A stretch of 24,261 bases of DNA from the IMG/VR virus record IMGVR_UViG_3300025782_000073, positions 1-24,261 of that record. One strand, given 5' to 3'. The notes beneath the pieces were generated by a model. It did no database searches. It saw only the letters and a program-made list of their open reading frames with translations, and was not told the origin of the DNA. The translations under genes were made by a program, and so were the position numbers. The DNA is from a virus. Taxonomy: Duplodnaviria > Caudoviricetes. The stretch's first letter is position 1, and the number at the start of each line of letters is the position of its first letter. Shown here in pieces: positions 13,743 through 23,044 of the stretch.

Positions 13743-14429
13743 ATGAAAGCAACACCGACACCGAAAGAGCCGCGCCCCCTGAGCCGAAGGCAGGCAGCTG
13801 AAGCGATGGAACAGCTCCCCTTGTCTGAAGTATTAGGGAACGCAGTAACAAGGGAGCTAACACACAAACAAAGACAATTCGCCCACCACTTGGCAAGGGG
13901 TGAAACAGGCGCTCAGGCCTACCGCCTCGTTTACTCCAAGACAGCGAAACCCACTACAGCCGGAAACCATGCGAGCCGATTTAAGAAGGACGCCCGAATA
14001 ATGACCGAAGCCGAAGCCTACAGACAAGCATTAGAGGGGGAAAAACAGCGCACACCTGCCGCCCTGCGTGCTTTGGTAATAAAAACGCTCGTTGACGTGA
14101 TGATAAACCCAGAGACGCCGCCCGCCGTGAAGATCAACGCAGCGAAGGTGGCCGGACAGATAACCGAAGTGAGCGCCTTCACCGAGCGCACCGAAGTGAG
14201 AACGATCTCCAGCTCAGAGGATGCGAAGGCAAAGATATTCGAAGAGCTTAGACGCCTCAGTAATGCCCAAGCCGTTGACGTTGACGTGATCCGCTCGGCT
14301 GATTCGCTCCTGGATGAGCTCAACGCCGCCGCCATGCCAGAGCCGCAGGTCGTGGAATCCGCCGATGAGCCGACCCCACCCACCCCCCACCCCCCTCTTT
14401 CGACCGGTGGCACCGGCGCTCGGCCATGA
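13743..14429 (+). CDS. terS: Terminase small subunit
   Basis: LTHKQRQFA...G.TGAQAYRLVY.......ASR.....I HTH motif of TerS; lies upstream of TerL. Confidence 0.75.
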   Translation: MKATPTPKEPRPLSRRQAAEAMEQLPLSEVLGNAVTRELTHKQRQFAHHLARGETGAQAYRLVYSKTAKPTTAGNHASRFKKDARIMTEAEAYRQALEGEKQRTPAALRALVIKTLVDVMINPETPPAVKINAAKVAGQITEVSAFTERTEVRTISSSEDAKAKIFEELRRLSNAQAVDVDVIRSADSLLDELNAAAMPEPQVVESADEPTPPTPHPPLSTGGTGARP

Positions 14430-14516
14430 ACATTATTCCCCACCCTCTGTCACCTAGTTTGTGGAAAACCACCCCCATGCTCGCCAAACAGCGGACCCAC
14501 GGGGGGGTATCCCAAG

Positions 14517-14575
14517 TGGAATTATTAACAGCTTGCTTAGACAATAGTTGCTTAGTCAAGGTGTTAATATTACCA
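14517..14575. promoter_or_regulatory. Pair of 14-bp operator-like motifs upstream of the LexA-like gene
   Basis: TGGAATTATTAACA at 14517-30 and TGTTAATATTACCA at 14562-75, the latter 2 nt before the ATG. Confidence 0.6.
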
Positions 14576-14577
14576 GC

Positions 14578-14886
14578 ATGAAGAAAGTTTTGATTAACAG
14601 GGCGATGGTTAGGAGACGTCGGGAGAAGACGTTTGAGGAATGTATGGAGGCTGGTATGACGCCTATGCAGACGGAAGTGTTTATTGTTATAGATGAGTTT
14701 TGGAAGCGGTATGGGTATGGGCCGTCTCTACGAAACATTGCTGTTGCCCGTGGGAAGATGGGTTTGGGGAACACGAAGGAGATCGTGGATAGGTTAGTGC
14801 GCCTTGGTGTGGTTAAGAGGGTAGAGGGGGCTGCTCGGTCGGTGAGGCCGGTGTATATCAATTTTAGGGAGTTGGATGTTGAGTGA
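14578..14886 (+). CDS. LexA-type winged-HTH DNA-binding protein (no peptidase domain)
   Basis: MTPMQTEVF.VIDEFWKRYGYGPSLRNIA...IVDRLVRLGVVKRVEGAARSVR aligns by eye to the LexA N-terminal domain. Confidence 0.78.
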   Translation: MKKVLINRAMVRRRREKTFEECMEAGMTPMQTEVFIVIDEFWKRYGYGPSLRNIAVARGKMGLGNTKEIVDRLVRLGVVKRVEGAARSVRPVYINFRELDVE

Positions 14887-16375
14887 GATTGAGAAGCTGA
14901 TTGCCGCCCTGCCTAAGGAGCAGCAAGAGCCGATATTCCAGTTGGTGGAGGATTACCGGCTGGCGAGTGAGCGGGAGGTGGCGCAGAGTAGTTTCATGTC
15001 GTACGTGAAGCTGATGTGGCCGTCTTTTGTTCATGGTAGACACCATGCCCTAATGGCTAAGAAGTTTGAAGAGATTGCGGCTGGGAGATTGAAGAGGCTG
15101 ATCATTAACATGCCGCCTCGGCATACGAAGTCGGAGTTTGCGTCCTTCCTACTGCCCTCTTGGTTTTTGGGGAAGTATCCGAATAAGAAAGTGATTCAGA
15201 GCTCTAATACAAGTGACCTGGCTGTTAACTTTGGGCGTAAGGTTCGGAACTTGGTGGGGAGTGAGCAATATAGCAGGGTGTTCCCGTCTGTATCTTTGAG
15301 GCAGGATAGCAAGAGTGCTGGGCGATGGGCGACGAGTCAGAACGGCGAGTACTTCGCTATTGGTGTAGGTGGTACTGTTACCGGTAAGGGTGCGGACCTT
15401 TTGATTATTGATGACCCGCATTCAGAGCAGGAAGCGGCGATGGCGTCTGGGAATCCTGAGGTATTTGACAAGGTGTATGAGTGGTATACGTCGGGTCCTC
15501 GGCAGCGGTTGCAGCCTGGTGGGGCGATTGTGATTGTGATGACGCGCTGGGCTGAGCGGGATTTGACGGGTCGGGTTATTAAAGATGCCTCGATGCGGGA
15601 CAAGGGTGAGGAGTGGGAGGTTATTGAGTTACCTGCGATCATGCCCAGTGGTAAGCCGTTGTGGCCGGAGTTTTGGTCGATTGAGGAATTGACTGCCCTG
15701 AAGGAGGAGTTGCCGCCTGCCAAGTGGAATGCACAGTACCAGCAGAGTCCGACGGGTGAAGAGGGGGCTTTAGTTAAGAGAGAGTGGTGGAGAAGGTGGG
15801 AAGCGGACAGAGCGCCACCGTGTGAGTTTATTATTCAGTCTTGGGATACGGCGTTTACGAAGAGTGAGCGGAGTGACTTTTCTGCATGTACGACGTGGGG
15901 GGTTTTTTATTTGGATGAAGACCCGAGTGATGTGAATATTATTTTGCTAGATGCGTTTCAAAAGCGGATGGAGTTTCCGGAGTTGAAGCAGACGGCGTAT
16001 GACCACTATAGGGAGTGGGAGCCTGATGCGTTCATTGTTGAGGCAAAGGCTGCTGGCGCGCCGTTGATTTATGAGCTCAGGAGCATGGGGATTTTTGTTG
16101 AGGAGTATTCGCCCAGTCGGGGGAATGATAAGTTTGTTCGTATAAACAGCGTGACGGACATGTTTAGATCGGGTAAAGTGTGGGCTCCCGAGACTAGGTG
16201 GGCGCAGGAGGTCATTGATCAGATGGCGTCATTTCCTAATGCTGAGCATGATGACTTGGTGGATAGTTCTACGCAGGCGTTGTTAAGATTTAGGCGGGGT
16301 GGGTTTATTAGACTGCAGTCGGATGAACCTGAGGAACAACAGTTTTTTAAGCGTAAGACTCACGCTTATTATTGA
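14876..16375 (+). CDS. terL: Terminase large subunit
   Basis: Walker A INMPPRHTKS, Walker B LLIIDDP, VMTRW coupling motif; nuclease motifs QSWDTA and HDDLVDS. Confidence 0.95.
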   Translation: MLSEIEKLIAALPKEQQEPIFQLVEDYRLASEREVAQSSFMSYVKLMWPSFVHGRHHALMAKKFEEIAAGRLKRLIINMPPRHTKSEFASFLLPSWFLGKYPNKKVIQSSNTSDLAVNFGRKVRNLVGSEQYSRVFPSVSLRQDSKSAGRWATSQNGEYFAIGVGGTVTGKGADLLIIDDPHSEQEAAMASGNPEVFDKVYEWYTSGPRQRLQPGGAIVIVMTRWAERDLTGRVIKDASMRDKGEEWEVIELPAIMPSGKPLWPEFWSIEELTALKEELPPAKWNAQYQQSPTGEEGALVKREWWRRWEADRAPPCEFIIQSWDTAFTKSERSDFSACTTWGVFYLDEDPSDVNIILLDAFQKRMEFPELKQTAYDHYREWEPDAFIVEAKAAGAPLIYELRSMGIFVEEYSPSRGNDKFVRINSVTDMFRSGKVWAPETRWAQEVIDQMASFPNAEHDDLVDSSTQALLRFRRGGFIRLQSDEPEEQQFFKRKTHAYY

Positions 16376-16383
16376 GGATATAC

Positions 16384-19038
16384 ATGGCTACTAACATCGA
16401 CAAATCGGTTTATCAAGCGCCCCAAGGTTTAGCTGGATTAGAGAGTGAGCCTGTTGAGGTTGAGGTCTTAGGTCCTGAAGAGGACATGGAAGAGGAGCCA
16501 GAAGAAGAGGGTGAAGGCTTTAACGGTAACTTGGCTGAAGAACTGGATGAGTCGATATTACAGCGAATTGGTTCTGAGCTGGCGGCGAGTGTAGATACAG
16601 ACCGCCAATCCCGCAAAGAGTGGGAGAAGACTTATGTGATGGGCCTAAAGCTGATGGGCCTGCAGTATGAAGAACGTACTGAGCCTTGGATGGGTGCTTC
16701 TGGTGTGTTCCACCCAATGATCACTGAGGCGGTGGTACGGTTCCAGTCGGAAACGATTACAGAGATGTTCCCTGCCCAAGGGCCTGTGCGTACGACGATC
16801 TGGGGTAAGGAAACGCCTGAGAAGATGCAGGCGGCTCGGAATGTTGAAGAGGACATGAACTATGAGCTGGTAGAGAAGATGCCAGAGTTCCGCCCTGAGC
16901 AAGAGCGGATGCTGTGGAGCTTGCCTGCTACAGGTTCTGCCTTTAAGAAAGTTTATAAAGACCCGACGTTGGGTCGTCAGAAGTCGGTATTTATTCCAGC
17001 AGAAGATGTGATTCTTCCTTATGGATGTACGGATATTCGCACCTGTGAGCGCGTGACGCATGAGATGCGGATGACGAAGAATGAAATCCTGAAGCTGATG
17101 GCAACGGGGTTTTATCGTGATGTGGAGTTGGGTGACCCCTCACGCACGACGGATGATATTCAAAAAGCCAAAGACCAAGAGACTGGCTTTACGGATAACA
17201 GCGATGACCGGTATACGTTGTTTGAATCGTTGGTGGACCTTGATTTGGATGGGTTCAACGATGTTGACGAGGATAACGATGAGACTGGTATTGCCCTGCC
17301 TTATGTAATGACGATCGTCAAGGGAACGAATCAGGTTTTATCGATACGAAGAAATTGGAAAGAAAATGATCCGCTCAAGCTTAAGAGACAGCATTTTGTA
17401 CACTACCAGTATGTACCTGGGTTTGGAGCCTACGGTTTCGGGCTATTCCACCTTATCGGCGGATTTGCAAAATCAGCGACATCGATTATGCGCCAGCTTG
17501 TTGATGCCGGCACCCTCTCCAACCTACCAGGCGGTCTCAAGTCACGCGGCCTCCGGATCAAAGGCGACGATACCCCGATTGCTCCAGGCGAGTTCCGCGA
17601 CGTAGACATTGGATCTGGCGCACTGCGGGACAACATCCTGCCCTTGCCTTATAAAGAACCTAGCCAAGTTCTGTATACGCTGCTGAATAATATTGTTGAC
17701 GAAGGCCGTCGTTTTGCGGCTACTGCAGATATGCAGGTCAGCGATATGTCGAGTCAGGCCCCAGTGGGCACGACTCTGGCTTTGCTGGAACGCCAATTGA
17801 AGGTGATGACGGCGGTGCAGGCACGGGTTCACTATGCCTTTAAGCAAGAGCTGCAATTGTTGGCTGAGATTATTCGAGAGGATAGTCCTGACGAATACGA
17901 GTTTGATCCTGAAAAGGGTAGCCGTAAGTCGAAGAAAGCAGACTTCTCGCACGTGGATATTATTCCAGTCAGCGATCCTAATGCCGCGACGATGTCTCAA
18001 CGCGTGGTGCAGTACCAAGCAGTTATTCAGATGGCGCAGATGTCGCCTGATATCTATAACCTGCCTGAGTTGCACCGTCGGATGTTGGAAGTGTTGGGCA
18101 TTAAGAATCCTGACAAACTGGTTCCCCTGCCTGATGACCAGACGCCTAAGGATCCAATCTCTGAGAACGTGAATGCACTTAACGGTGTACCGCTCAAGGC
18201 GTTCCAGTTCCAAGACCACCAAGCGCACATTCAGGTTCACATGGCGGCTATGCAGGATCCTCAAATTCAGCAGCTGATGGGACAAAATCCCAAAGCGCCA
18301 ATGATCATGGCAGCTATGCAAGCTCACTTGGCTGAGCACGCTGGTTTTGAGTATCGCAAGCAAGTGGAGGCCCAGTTGGGTATGGCTCTGCCTCAGCAAG
18401 ATGAGAAGCTGCCGCCAGAGGCTGAAGTGGCTATGTCTGGTTTGATGGCTCAAGCGGCTCAGCGCGTGTTGCAACAACACCAGCAGCAAGCTCAACAGCA
18501 GCAGAACCAGCAGAACCAGCAAGATCCGATTATTCAGTTGCAGCAACAAGAGATGCAGATCAAACAAGCTGAGTTGCAGTTGCGTCAACAGGAAGTTCAG
18601 ATCAAAGCTCAGCAGGCTCAGGCTCAAGCGGCTATTGAGCAAGCGCGTCTGCAGGCCAATACGCAAATGCACGCCCAGAAGCTGGCGCTTGAACAGCAAA
18701 AAGTGGGTGGCACATTGCAGGCGCAGACTGCTATTGAGTCGCAGAAGATCAAAGTTAACGCTATGGCCGCAGCGCAGAAAGCGGCATTGGAGAAGCAAAA
18801 ACTGGATGGCAATTTACAGTTGGGTGCCATGAAAGTCGGGGCGGAGGTTAAACGTAACAAACTCCAACACGACGCAGAAAACCAACGCGAAGGGCTGCGT
18901 ATTGGTGCGGATATCGCCAAACACAAAGCCGAACAACGGAGTGCAGAGCGAGAGCTTATGCTCAAGACGGCCAATGAGATGATCAAAAATCACATGGCCA
19001 ATGTGATAGTGGAGAAAGGACCTAAGGAGTCTGAATGA
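16384..19038 (+). CDS. Portal protein with Q-rich coiled-coil C-terminal extension
   Basis: 884 aa directly after TerL; GAGGA SD; long Q/A-rich helical tail like the P22 portal barrel. Confidence 0.88.
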   Translation: MATNIDKSVYQAPQGLAGLESEPVEVEVLGPEEDMEEEPEEEGEGFNGNLAEELDESILQRIGSELAASVDTDRQSRKEWEKTYVMGLKLMGLQYEERTEPWMGASGVFHPMITEAVVRFQSETITEMFPAQGPVRTTIWGKETPEKMQAARNVEEDMNYELVEKMPEFRPEQERMLWSLPATGSAFKKVYKDPTLGRQKSVFIPAEDVILPYGCTDIRTCERVTHEMRMTKNEILKLMATGFYRDVELGDPSRTTDDIQKAKDQETGFTDNSDDRYTLFESLVDLDLDGFNDVDEDNDETGIALPYVMTIVKGTNQVLSIRRNWKENDPLKLKRQHFVHYQYVPGFGAYGFGLFHLIGGFAKSATSIMRQLVDAGTLSNLPGGLKSRGLRIKGDDTPIAPGEFRDVDIGSGALRDNILPLPYKEPSQVLYTLLNNIVDEGRRFAATADMQVSDMSSQAPVGTTLALLERQLKVMTAVQARVHYAFKQELQLLAEIIREDSPDEYEFDPEKGSRKSKKADFSHVDIIPVSDPNAATMSQRVVQYQAVIQMAQMSPDIYNLPELHRRMLEVLGIKNPDKLVPLPDDQTPKDPISENVNALNGVPLKAFQFQDHQAHIQVHMAAMQDPQIQQLMGQNPKAPMIMAAMQAHLAEHAGFEYRKQVEAQLGMALPQQDEKLPPEAEVAMSGLMAQAAQRVLQQHQQQAQQQQNQQNQQDPIIQLQQQEMQIKQAELQLRQQEVQIKAQQAQAQAAIEQARLQANTQMHAQKLALEQQKVGGTLQAQTAIESQKIKVNAMAAAQKAALEKQKLDGNLQLGAMKVGAEVKRNKLQHDAENQREGLRIGADIAKHKAEQRSAERELMLKTANEMIKNHMANVIVEKGPKESE

Positions 19039-19229
19039 TTCAGAAATTCGCAAGCGTATTGCGCGAACAAATACGCAAAGACATGAACAACTACGCCGAT
19101 GATTTGGCTAGTGGTCATTGCCGTACTTTTGAAGAGTACCAAAAACTCTGTGGGGTGATTCAAGGCCTAGCCCAGGCAGAGCGTTATGTTATCGACCTTG
19201 TAGAGAAAGTTGAAAAATCAGATGAGTGA
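19035..19229 (+). CDS. Small helical head-module protein
   Basis: ATGA overlap with the portal; LASG...FEEYQKLCGVIQGL. Confidence 0.75.
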   Translation: MIQKFASVLREQIRKDMNNYADDLASGHCRTFEEYQKLCGVIQGLAQAERYVIDLVEKVEKSDE

Positions 19230-19656
19230 TCTTATTCTGCCACCAGGGTTAACCCTGCCTAAGCAAATTCAACCAGTGGATGCTCCGGCTGATACTGATA
19301 CGAATGAGCAAAAAGCAACGATGCTGCCAGAACCTTCTGGTTGGAAATTGTTGTGTGTCGTGCCTGATGTCTCTGACAAGATTGCAGGTACTGACCTTGA
19401 CCTTGTAAAACCGTCTGACCTGGTCCGCCAAGAAGAACATGCCACTACGGTATTGTTTGTCTTGAAGGTAGGTGTGGATGCGTACAAGGACACCGCCAAG
19501 TTCCCTAGTGGTGCTTGGGCCAAGCCTGGTGATTTTGTCGTGACCCGTGCTTATGCCGGTACACGCCTGAAGATCTACGGTAAAGAATTCCGCCTGATCA
19601 ACGACGACCAAGTCGAAGCAGTGGTGGACGATCCACGTGGCGTAACACGCGCATAA
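19222..19656 (+). CDS. groES: GroES-like co-chaperonin (Cpn10)
   Basis: PSGWKLL...VLKVG...KPGDFV..RAYAGTRLKIYGKEFRLINDDQVEAVV matches the Cpn10 pattern. Confidence 0.82.
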   Translation: MSDLILPPGLTLPKQIQPVDAPADTDTNEQKATMLPEPSGWKLLCVVPDVSDKIAGTDLDLVKPSDLVRQEEHATTVLFVLKVGVDAYKDTAKFPSGAWAKPGDFVVTRAYAGTRLKIYGKEFRLINDDQVEAVVDDPRGVTRA

Positions 19657-19663
19657 AGGAGTA

Positions 19664-20587
19664 ATGATGGAAGACGTATTCAAGTTCCCCGACGAGATCG
19701 AGGAAACGAAAAAAGAGGTGAAAGATCAAGACGGCTTTGATATTGAAGTCGTTGACGATACACCTGAGCGCGACCGAGGCCGTAAGCCTTTGGACCGCGA
19801 AGTGGCCGATCCTACAGAAGACGAGATCGAAAACTATTCTGAGGGTGTGAAGAAGCGTATTAAAGAGCTGACCCATGCCCGCCACGACGAGCGCCGCAAG
19901 GCAGAGCAATTGGCACGTGAGCGCCAAGAGCTTGAACGCCTGGCCCAGCAGCTGGTCAATGAGAACAAAACGCTCAAGCAGTATGTGAACAACGGCAGCC
20001 AGCAGTATGCGACTACGTTGAAGTCTGCTGCGGAGCAAGAGCTTGAAATGGCTCGACTGAACTTCAAGAAGGCGCAGGAATCTTTTGACACGGATGCCAT
20101 CATTCGCGCCCAAGAGGCCATGACTGATGCCAAGATGAAGGTTGCTGCGGCAAATAATTTTAGGCCACAGCCTTTACAAGTGGATGAAAATCCTGTACAA
20201 CTGCGCCAACAAGCACCTCAGCCTGTACAACCTGACGAAAAATCCCTGCGCTGGCAGGCAAGAAACCAGTGGTTTGGTTCGCGTGGGTTTGAGGAAGTTA
20301 CCAGCTATGCACTAGGGCTGCACCAAAAGCTAGTCAACAACGGGGTAAACCCGCAATCTGACGAGTACTTCAATACTATTGACGCTCGCGTAAGGAAAAC
20401 CTTTCCAGAGATGTTTGGAGAGGAGAAGGCCGCCCAAACTCAAACTAGGACCGCGAATGTAGTAGCTCCGGCTGCAAGATCATCGGGTAGTAAGAAGGTT
20501 CAATTAACGCAGACGCAAGTAGCGTTGGCGAAGAAATTGGGTTTAACTAACCAGCAGTATGCTGAACAAGTATTGAAATTGGGGTAA
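19664..20587 (+). CDS. Putative capsid scaffolding protein
   Basis: AAGGAG SD; acidic N-terminus and long coiled coil; lies between portal and capsid genes. Confidence 0.65.
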   Translation: MMEDVFKFPDEIEETKKEVKDQDGFDIEVVDDTPERDRGRKPLDREVADPTEDEIENYSEGVKKRIKELTHARHDERRKAEQLARERQELERLAQQLVNENKTLKQYVNNGSQQYATTLKSAAEQELEMARLNFKKAQESFDTDAIIRAQEAMTDAKMKVAAANNFRPQPLQVDENPVQLRQQAPQPVQPDEKSLRWQARNQWFGSRGFEEVTSYALGLHQKLVNNGVNPQSDEYFNTIDARVRKTFPEMFGEEKAAQTQTRTANVVAPAARSSGSKKVQLTQTQVALAKKLGLTNQQYAEQVLKLG

Positions 20588-20593
20588 TTAAAA

Positions 20594-21031
20594 ATGGCTA
20601 TCAATCGTAATCCTCGTGAGATTGAATCACGCGAACAAACAGCTCGTTATGTTTACAAACCATCGAGCACTCTGCCAGATCCGAATCCTATTCCGGGTTG
20701 GTCCTTCCGCTACATCGCAACTGCGATCATGAGCATTAGTGATCCAACTAACGTGTCCAAAAAGATGCGTGACGGCTGGGAGCCAGTGAAGGCGGAAGAC
20801 CATCCTGAGTTGATGCTTGGTCCTGATGCCAAAGGTAATGTGGAGATTGGTGGGTTAATGCTTTGCAAGATGCCTACTGAACGACTCAAAGCTATGGAAG
20901 AGTATTTTCAGAACCATGCAAAATCGCAGATGGAATCAGTTGACAACAACTTTATGCGTCAGCAGGATCCTCGGATGCCGTTGTTCTCGGAAAAGAGATC
21001 ATCGACAACACGTGGGTCATCTTTATCTTAA
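20594..21031 (+). CDS. Head-module hypothetical protein
   Basis: 145-aa ORF with LP.P...PGW.FRY, GWEPV and IGGLMLCKMP segments. Confidence 0.8.
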   Translation: MAINRNPREIESREQTARYVYKPSSTLPDPNPIPGWSFRYIATAIMSISDPTNVSKKMRDGWEPVKAEDHPELMLGPDAKGNVEIGGLMLCKMPTERLKAMEEYFQNHAKSQMESVDNNFMRQQDPRMPLFSEKRSSTTRGSSLS

Positions 21032-21047
21032 TTTTATGGAGTTATAA

Positions 21048-21938
21048 ATGGCTTATCCTATTGTCCCTGCGGCATACGGTTTAAAACCCGTAAGCCTGAC
21101 CGGCGGTAGAATGTATTCGGGTTCTACCCGTTTCATTCCTATCTCTTCTAGCTATGGCTACAACTTGTTTAATGGCGACGTTGTTGCTATTAGCGGTGGT
21201 ACTTTGGCTGTTACAGCCCTCGGTGCAGCTTCGTCGGTTTCTTCCGGCGCTGGTGCTATCGGCGTGTTTGTTGGCGCTCAATACGTCAACAGCTCTAGCC
21301 AAACCGTGCGTGCTCAGTTCTACCCTGCCAATACTGTTTCTAACAATATCCAGGGTTATGTTGTGGATGATCCACAAGTTGTGTTCCAAGCAGCTGTTTT
21401 GACTCAAGGCACTTCGTCTGTGTCCAACACTCCCGGTGCTACTGTTGGCTACGTGAACCCCTCGTTCATCGGCTCCAATATGTACTTGGTTACCAACGGT
21501 TCTAACGGTGGCTCTGCTTCCGGTAACACCACTACTGGTGACTCTGCTATGGGCGTGACCGGCGGTGTTATCACCTCTGGTACTCAAGGTAATACACGTA
21601 TTACATCGAGCGCTCCGTTCCGTGTTGTGGCTGTGGTTCCTGACACTGCTGTTACTGTTACCGCTACCAGCGGCAACGCAACTTCCAGCAGCGCCACTTT
21701 GACCATTACTGCTGCTAACACTGCTATTAGCCCCGGTATGCAAGTTATTGCTCCTAGCGTGACCGGCATGGCCCAAGGTAACTATTTGACCGTGACTAAC
21801 ATCAGCGGTACAACTTTGACCTTGTCCACCACCGTGTCGGTGCCTGCCGGCACTGCTTTGTCTTTTGTTGGCTACCCAGAAGTGCAAGTACAGTGGAACT
21901 TCGGTTACCACAACTACTTCAACGCTACTGGCGCCTAA
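21048..21938 (+). CDS. Putative virion structural (capsid decoration) protein
   Basis: GGAG SD; S/T/G/V-rich beta-type sequence; immediately upstream of the capsid gene. Confidence 0.7.
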   Translation: MAYPIVPAAYGLKPVSLTGGRMYSGSTRFIPISSSYGYNLFNGDVVAISGGTLAVTALGAASSVSSGAGAIGVFVGAQYVNSSSQTVRAQFYPANTVSNNIQGYVVDDPQVVFQAAVLTQGTSSVSNTPGATVGYVNPSFIGSNMYLVTNGSNGGSASGNTTTGDSAMGVTGGVITSGTQGNTRITSSAPFRVVAVVPDTAVTVTATSGNATSSSATLTITAANTAISPGMQVIAPSVTGMAQGNYLTVTNISGTTLTLSTTVSVPAGTALSFVGYPEVQVQWNFGYHNYFNATGA

Positions 21939-21951
21939 GGAGTAATATAAA

Positions 21952-22854
21952 ATGGCTATTTCACGCGCACAACTACTTAAAGAACTGCTCCCCGGCTTGA
22001 ACGCTTTGTTCGGTTTGGAGTATGCCCGTTACGGTGAAGAACATAAAGAAATTTATGAAACCGAAACTTCTGAACGTTCGTTTGAAGAAGAAACCAAACT
22101 GTCTGGCTTCAACGCCGCTCCGGTGAAGAATGAAGGCAGCGCAATTTCTTATGACAATGCTCAAGAAGCTTGGACTGCTCGCTATAACCACGAAACCATC
22201 GCCTTGGGTTTCTCGATCACTGAAGAAGCGATCGAAGATAACTTGTACGACAGCTTGTCTGCTCGTTACACCAAAGGCTTGGCTCGTGCTATGGCTTACA
22301 CCAAGCAAGTTAAGGCTGCTGCAGTTTTGAACAACGGTTACAACAACGCCTACGTTGGCGGCGATGGCGTGTCCTTGTTCTCTACCGCTCACCCCTTGGT
22401 GAACGGCGGTACTAACAGCAACACTTTCACCACTCCTTCTGATTTGAACGAAACTTCTTTGGAAGCTGCCGTTATTCAAATCGCTGCTTGGACTGATGAA
22501 CGTGGTCTGTTGATCGCTGCTAAACCCCGCAAGTTGGTGGTTCCCCCAGCACTGATGTTCGTTGCTACCCGTCTGCTCGAAACCGAGTTGCGCGTTGGTA
22601 CTAACAACAACGACATCAACGCCATCAAGAACAATGGTTCGATTCCTGAAGGTTACGCTGTTAACCACTTCTTGACTTCGACCAACACCTGGTTCTTGAC
22701 CACTGATGTGCCTAACGGCCTGAAGCACTTCGAGCGGATTCCGTTGCAGAATTCAATGGATGGTGATTTTGATACGGGCAATGTACGTTACAAGAGCCGT
22801 GAACGTTACAGCTTTGGCTGGTCTGACCCACTGGGCATCTTCAGCTCATACTAA
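21952..22854 (+). CDS. Major capsid protein (HK97 fold, Mu gpT-like family)
   Basis: AAGGAG SD; 300 aa MAISRAQLLKELLPGLNALFG...GDGVSLFSTAHP...RYKSRERYSFGWSD; strongly biased codons; followed by a terminator. Confidence 0.9.
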   Translation: MAISRAQLLKELLPGLNALFGLEYARYGEEHKEIYETETSERSFEEETKLSGFNAAPVKNEGSAISYDNAQEAWTARYNHETIALGFSITEEAIEDNLYDSLSARYTKGLARAMAYTKQVKAAAVLNNGYNNAYVGGDGVSLFSTAHPLVNGGTNSNTFTTPSDLNETSLEAAVIQIAAWTDERGLLIAAKPRKLVVPPALMFVATRLLETELRVGTNNNDINAIKNNGSIPEGYAVNHFLTSTNTWFLTTDVPNGLKHFERIPLQNSMDGDFDTGNVRYKSRERYSFGWSDPLGIFSSY

Positions 22855-22874
22855 GCACTCGTTGCTTACAGGGA

Positions 22875-22899
22875 AAGGGGCTTCGGCCCCTTTTTCTTT
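22875..22899 (+). terminator. Rho-independent terminator after the capsid gene
   Basis: AAGGGGC-TTCG-GCCCCTT followed by a T run. Confidence 0.88.
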
Positions 22900-22927
22900 G
22901 GGTGGTAATAATTCCAGCAAAAATATC

Positions 22928-22955
22928 TTGACTACTGCTTTGGATCGGTTACTAT
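22928..22955 (+). promoter_or_regulatory. Sigma70-like promoter with an adjacent 14-bp motif
   Basis: TTGACT-16 bp-TACTAT; motif TGGTAATAATTCCA at 22903-16. Confidence 0.5.
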
Positions 22956-23044
22956 CTACGCATCTGGGAATTCGACCTTGTTGCCACTGGCCCAGCAGAC
23001 GATGCAACGATTAACAAGGTAACTTTTGCATAAGGACATTTGTC

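Noticed and set aside
6084-17967. Degenerate motif-like sites at 6084, 15370 and 17954
   Set aside because: Two or more mismatches to the well-supported variants; could arise by chance.
18470-18660. CAG-rich repeat tract
   Set aside because: Explained by the Gln-rich coiled-coil tail of the portal protein.
17542-18798. 418-aa antisense ORF (also 21081-21911, 21973-22728 and 22952-23623)
   Set aside because: Shadow ORFs of codon-biased structural genes; L/H- or S-rich translations with no recognisable motifs.
919-22916. The 14-bp repeats as a CRISPR array or transposon ends
   Set aside because: They are too short, irregularly dispersed and often inside genes; no transposase is present.
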